From an uncultured Peptostreptococcaceae bacterium (lineage in GTDB: Bacteria; Bacillota; Clostridia; Peptostreptococcales; Acidaminobacteraceae), in NCBI GenBank assembly GCA_964346475.1, contig CAYFUM010000002.1, forward strand, positions 23,094-87,093: 64,000 nt of DNA, in the 5' to 3' direction. The position numbers were made by a program, and so were the translations under genes. The number at the start of each line of letters is the position of its first letter. Position 1 is the first letter of the stretch. Of the stretch, positions 63,967-64,000 are shown one piece after another. The notes under the pieces are model-generated. The model was not told where the DNA came from, made no database searches, and saw only the letters and a program-made list of their open reading frames with translations.

Positions 63967-64000
63967 TTACTCCACTTCACTGCGAATTCTGGCCTCTTCT
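63967..64000 (-). CDS. 3' end (last ~10 codons, ..EEARIRSEVE-stop) of an upstream gene; dxr expected by Firmicute synteny but not verifiable here
   Basis: The open minus-strand frame ends in TAA at 63969-63967, 2 nt before the rseP start. Identity is inferred only from the usual dxr-rseP-ispG-polC order. Confidence 0.35.
   Translation of the reverse strand, partial: EEARIRSEVE

Noticed and set aside
1-64000. I searched for mobile elements, integrases, transposase fragments, toxin-antitoxin pairs, restriction or defence genes, prophage remnants, and tRNA, rRNA or tmRNA genes.
   Set aside because: None were found. Every gap longer than 60 nt is accounted for by promoters, terminators, the T-box leader or the small genes described above.

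Overview
This window is a dense block of core housekeeping genes, almost all on the minus strand, from an AT-rich PolC-type Firmicute. The gene content and fusions look like a Clostridia or Tissierellia anaerobe: an IspH-S1 fusion, a four-subunit 2-oxoacid:ferredoxin oxidoreductase, NifS/NifU and selenium genes. I can support 70 protein-coding genes, two of them cut by the window edges. Sixty-nine are on the minus strand and only ilvE is on the plus strand. I also support one T-box leader (alaS), a LexA box before recA, and several intrinsic terminators and promoters. I saw no rRNA or tRNA genes, CRISPR arrays or mobile elements. Three genes are absent from the supplied ORF track. They are the edge-truncated ispH-S1 fusion (1-1498), xseB (15426-15599, 57 aa), and a glutaredoxin-like gene (50095-50346). 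The glutaredoxin-like gene is the most notable. Its only interruption is an in-frame TGA exactly at the first Cys of the CPYC redox motif (Y-TGA-P-Y-C), followed by a GC hairpin, so it is a probable selenoprotein. The same window encodes tRNA 2-selenouridine synthase (mnmH/selU). The second point of interest is a corrinoid nucleotide-loop and alpha-ribazole salvage operon (cobU-cobS-cobC-cblT-like-cblS-like). It has no cobT and no visible B12 riboswitch, and it is led by a MarR-type regulator fused to a degenerate GNAT-like domain. I did not find a convincing wholly new multi-gene system. Most of the window is ordinary conserved synteny, and the interest scores reflect that.
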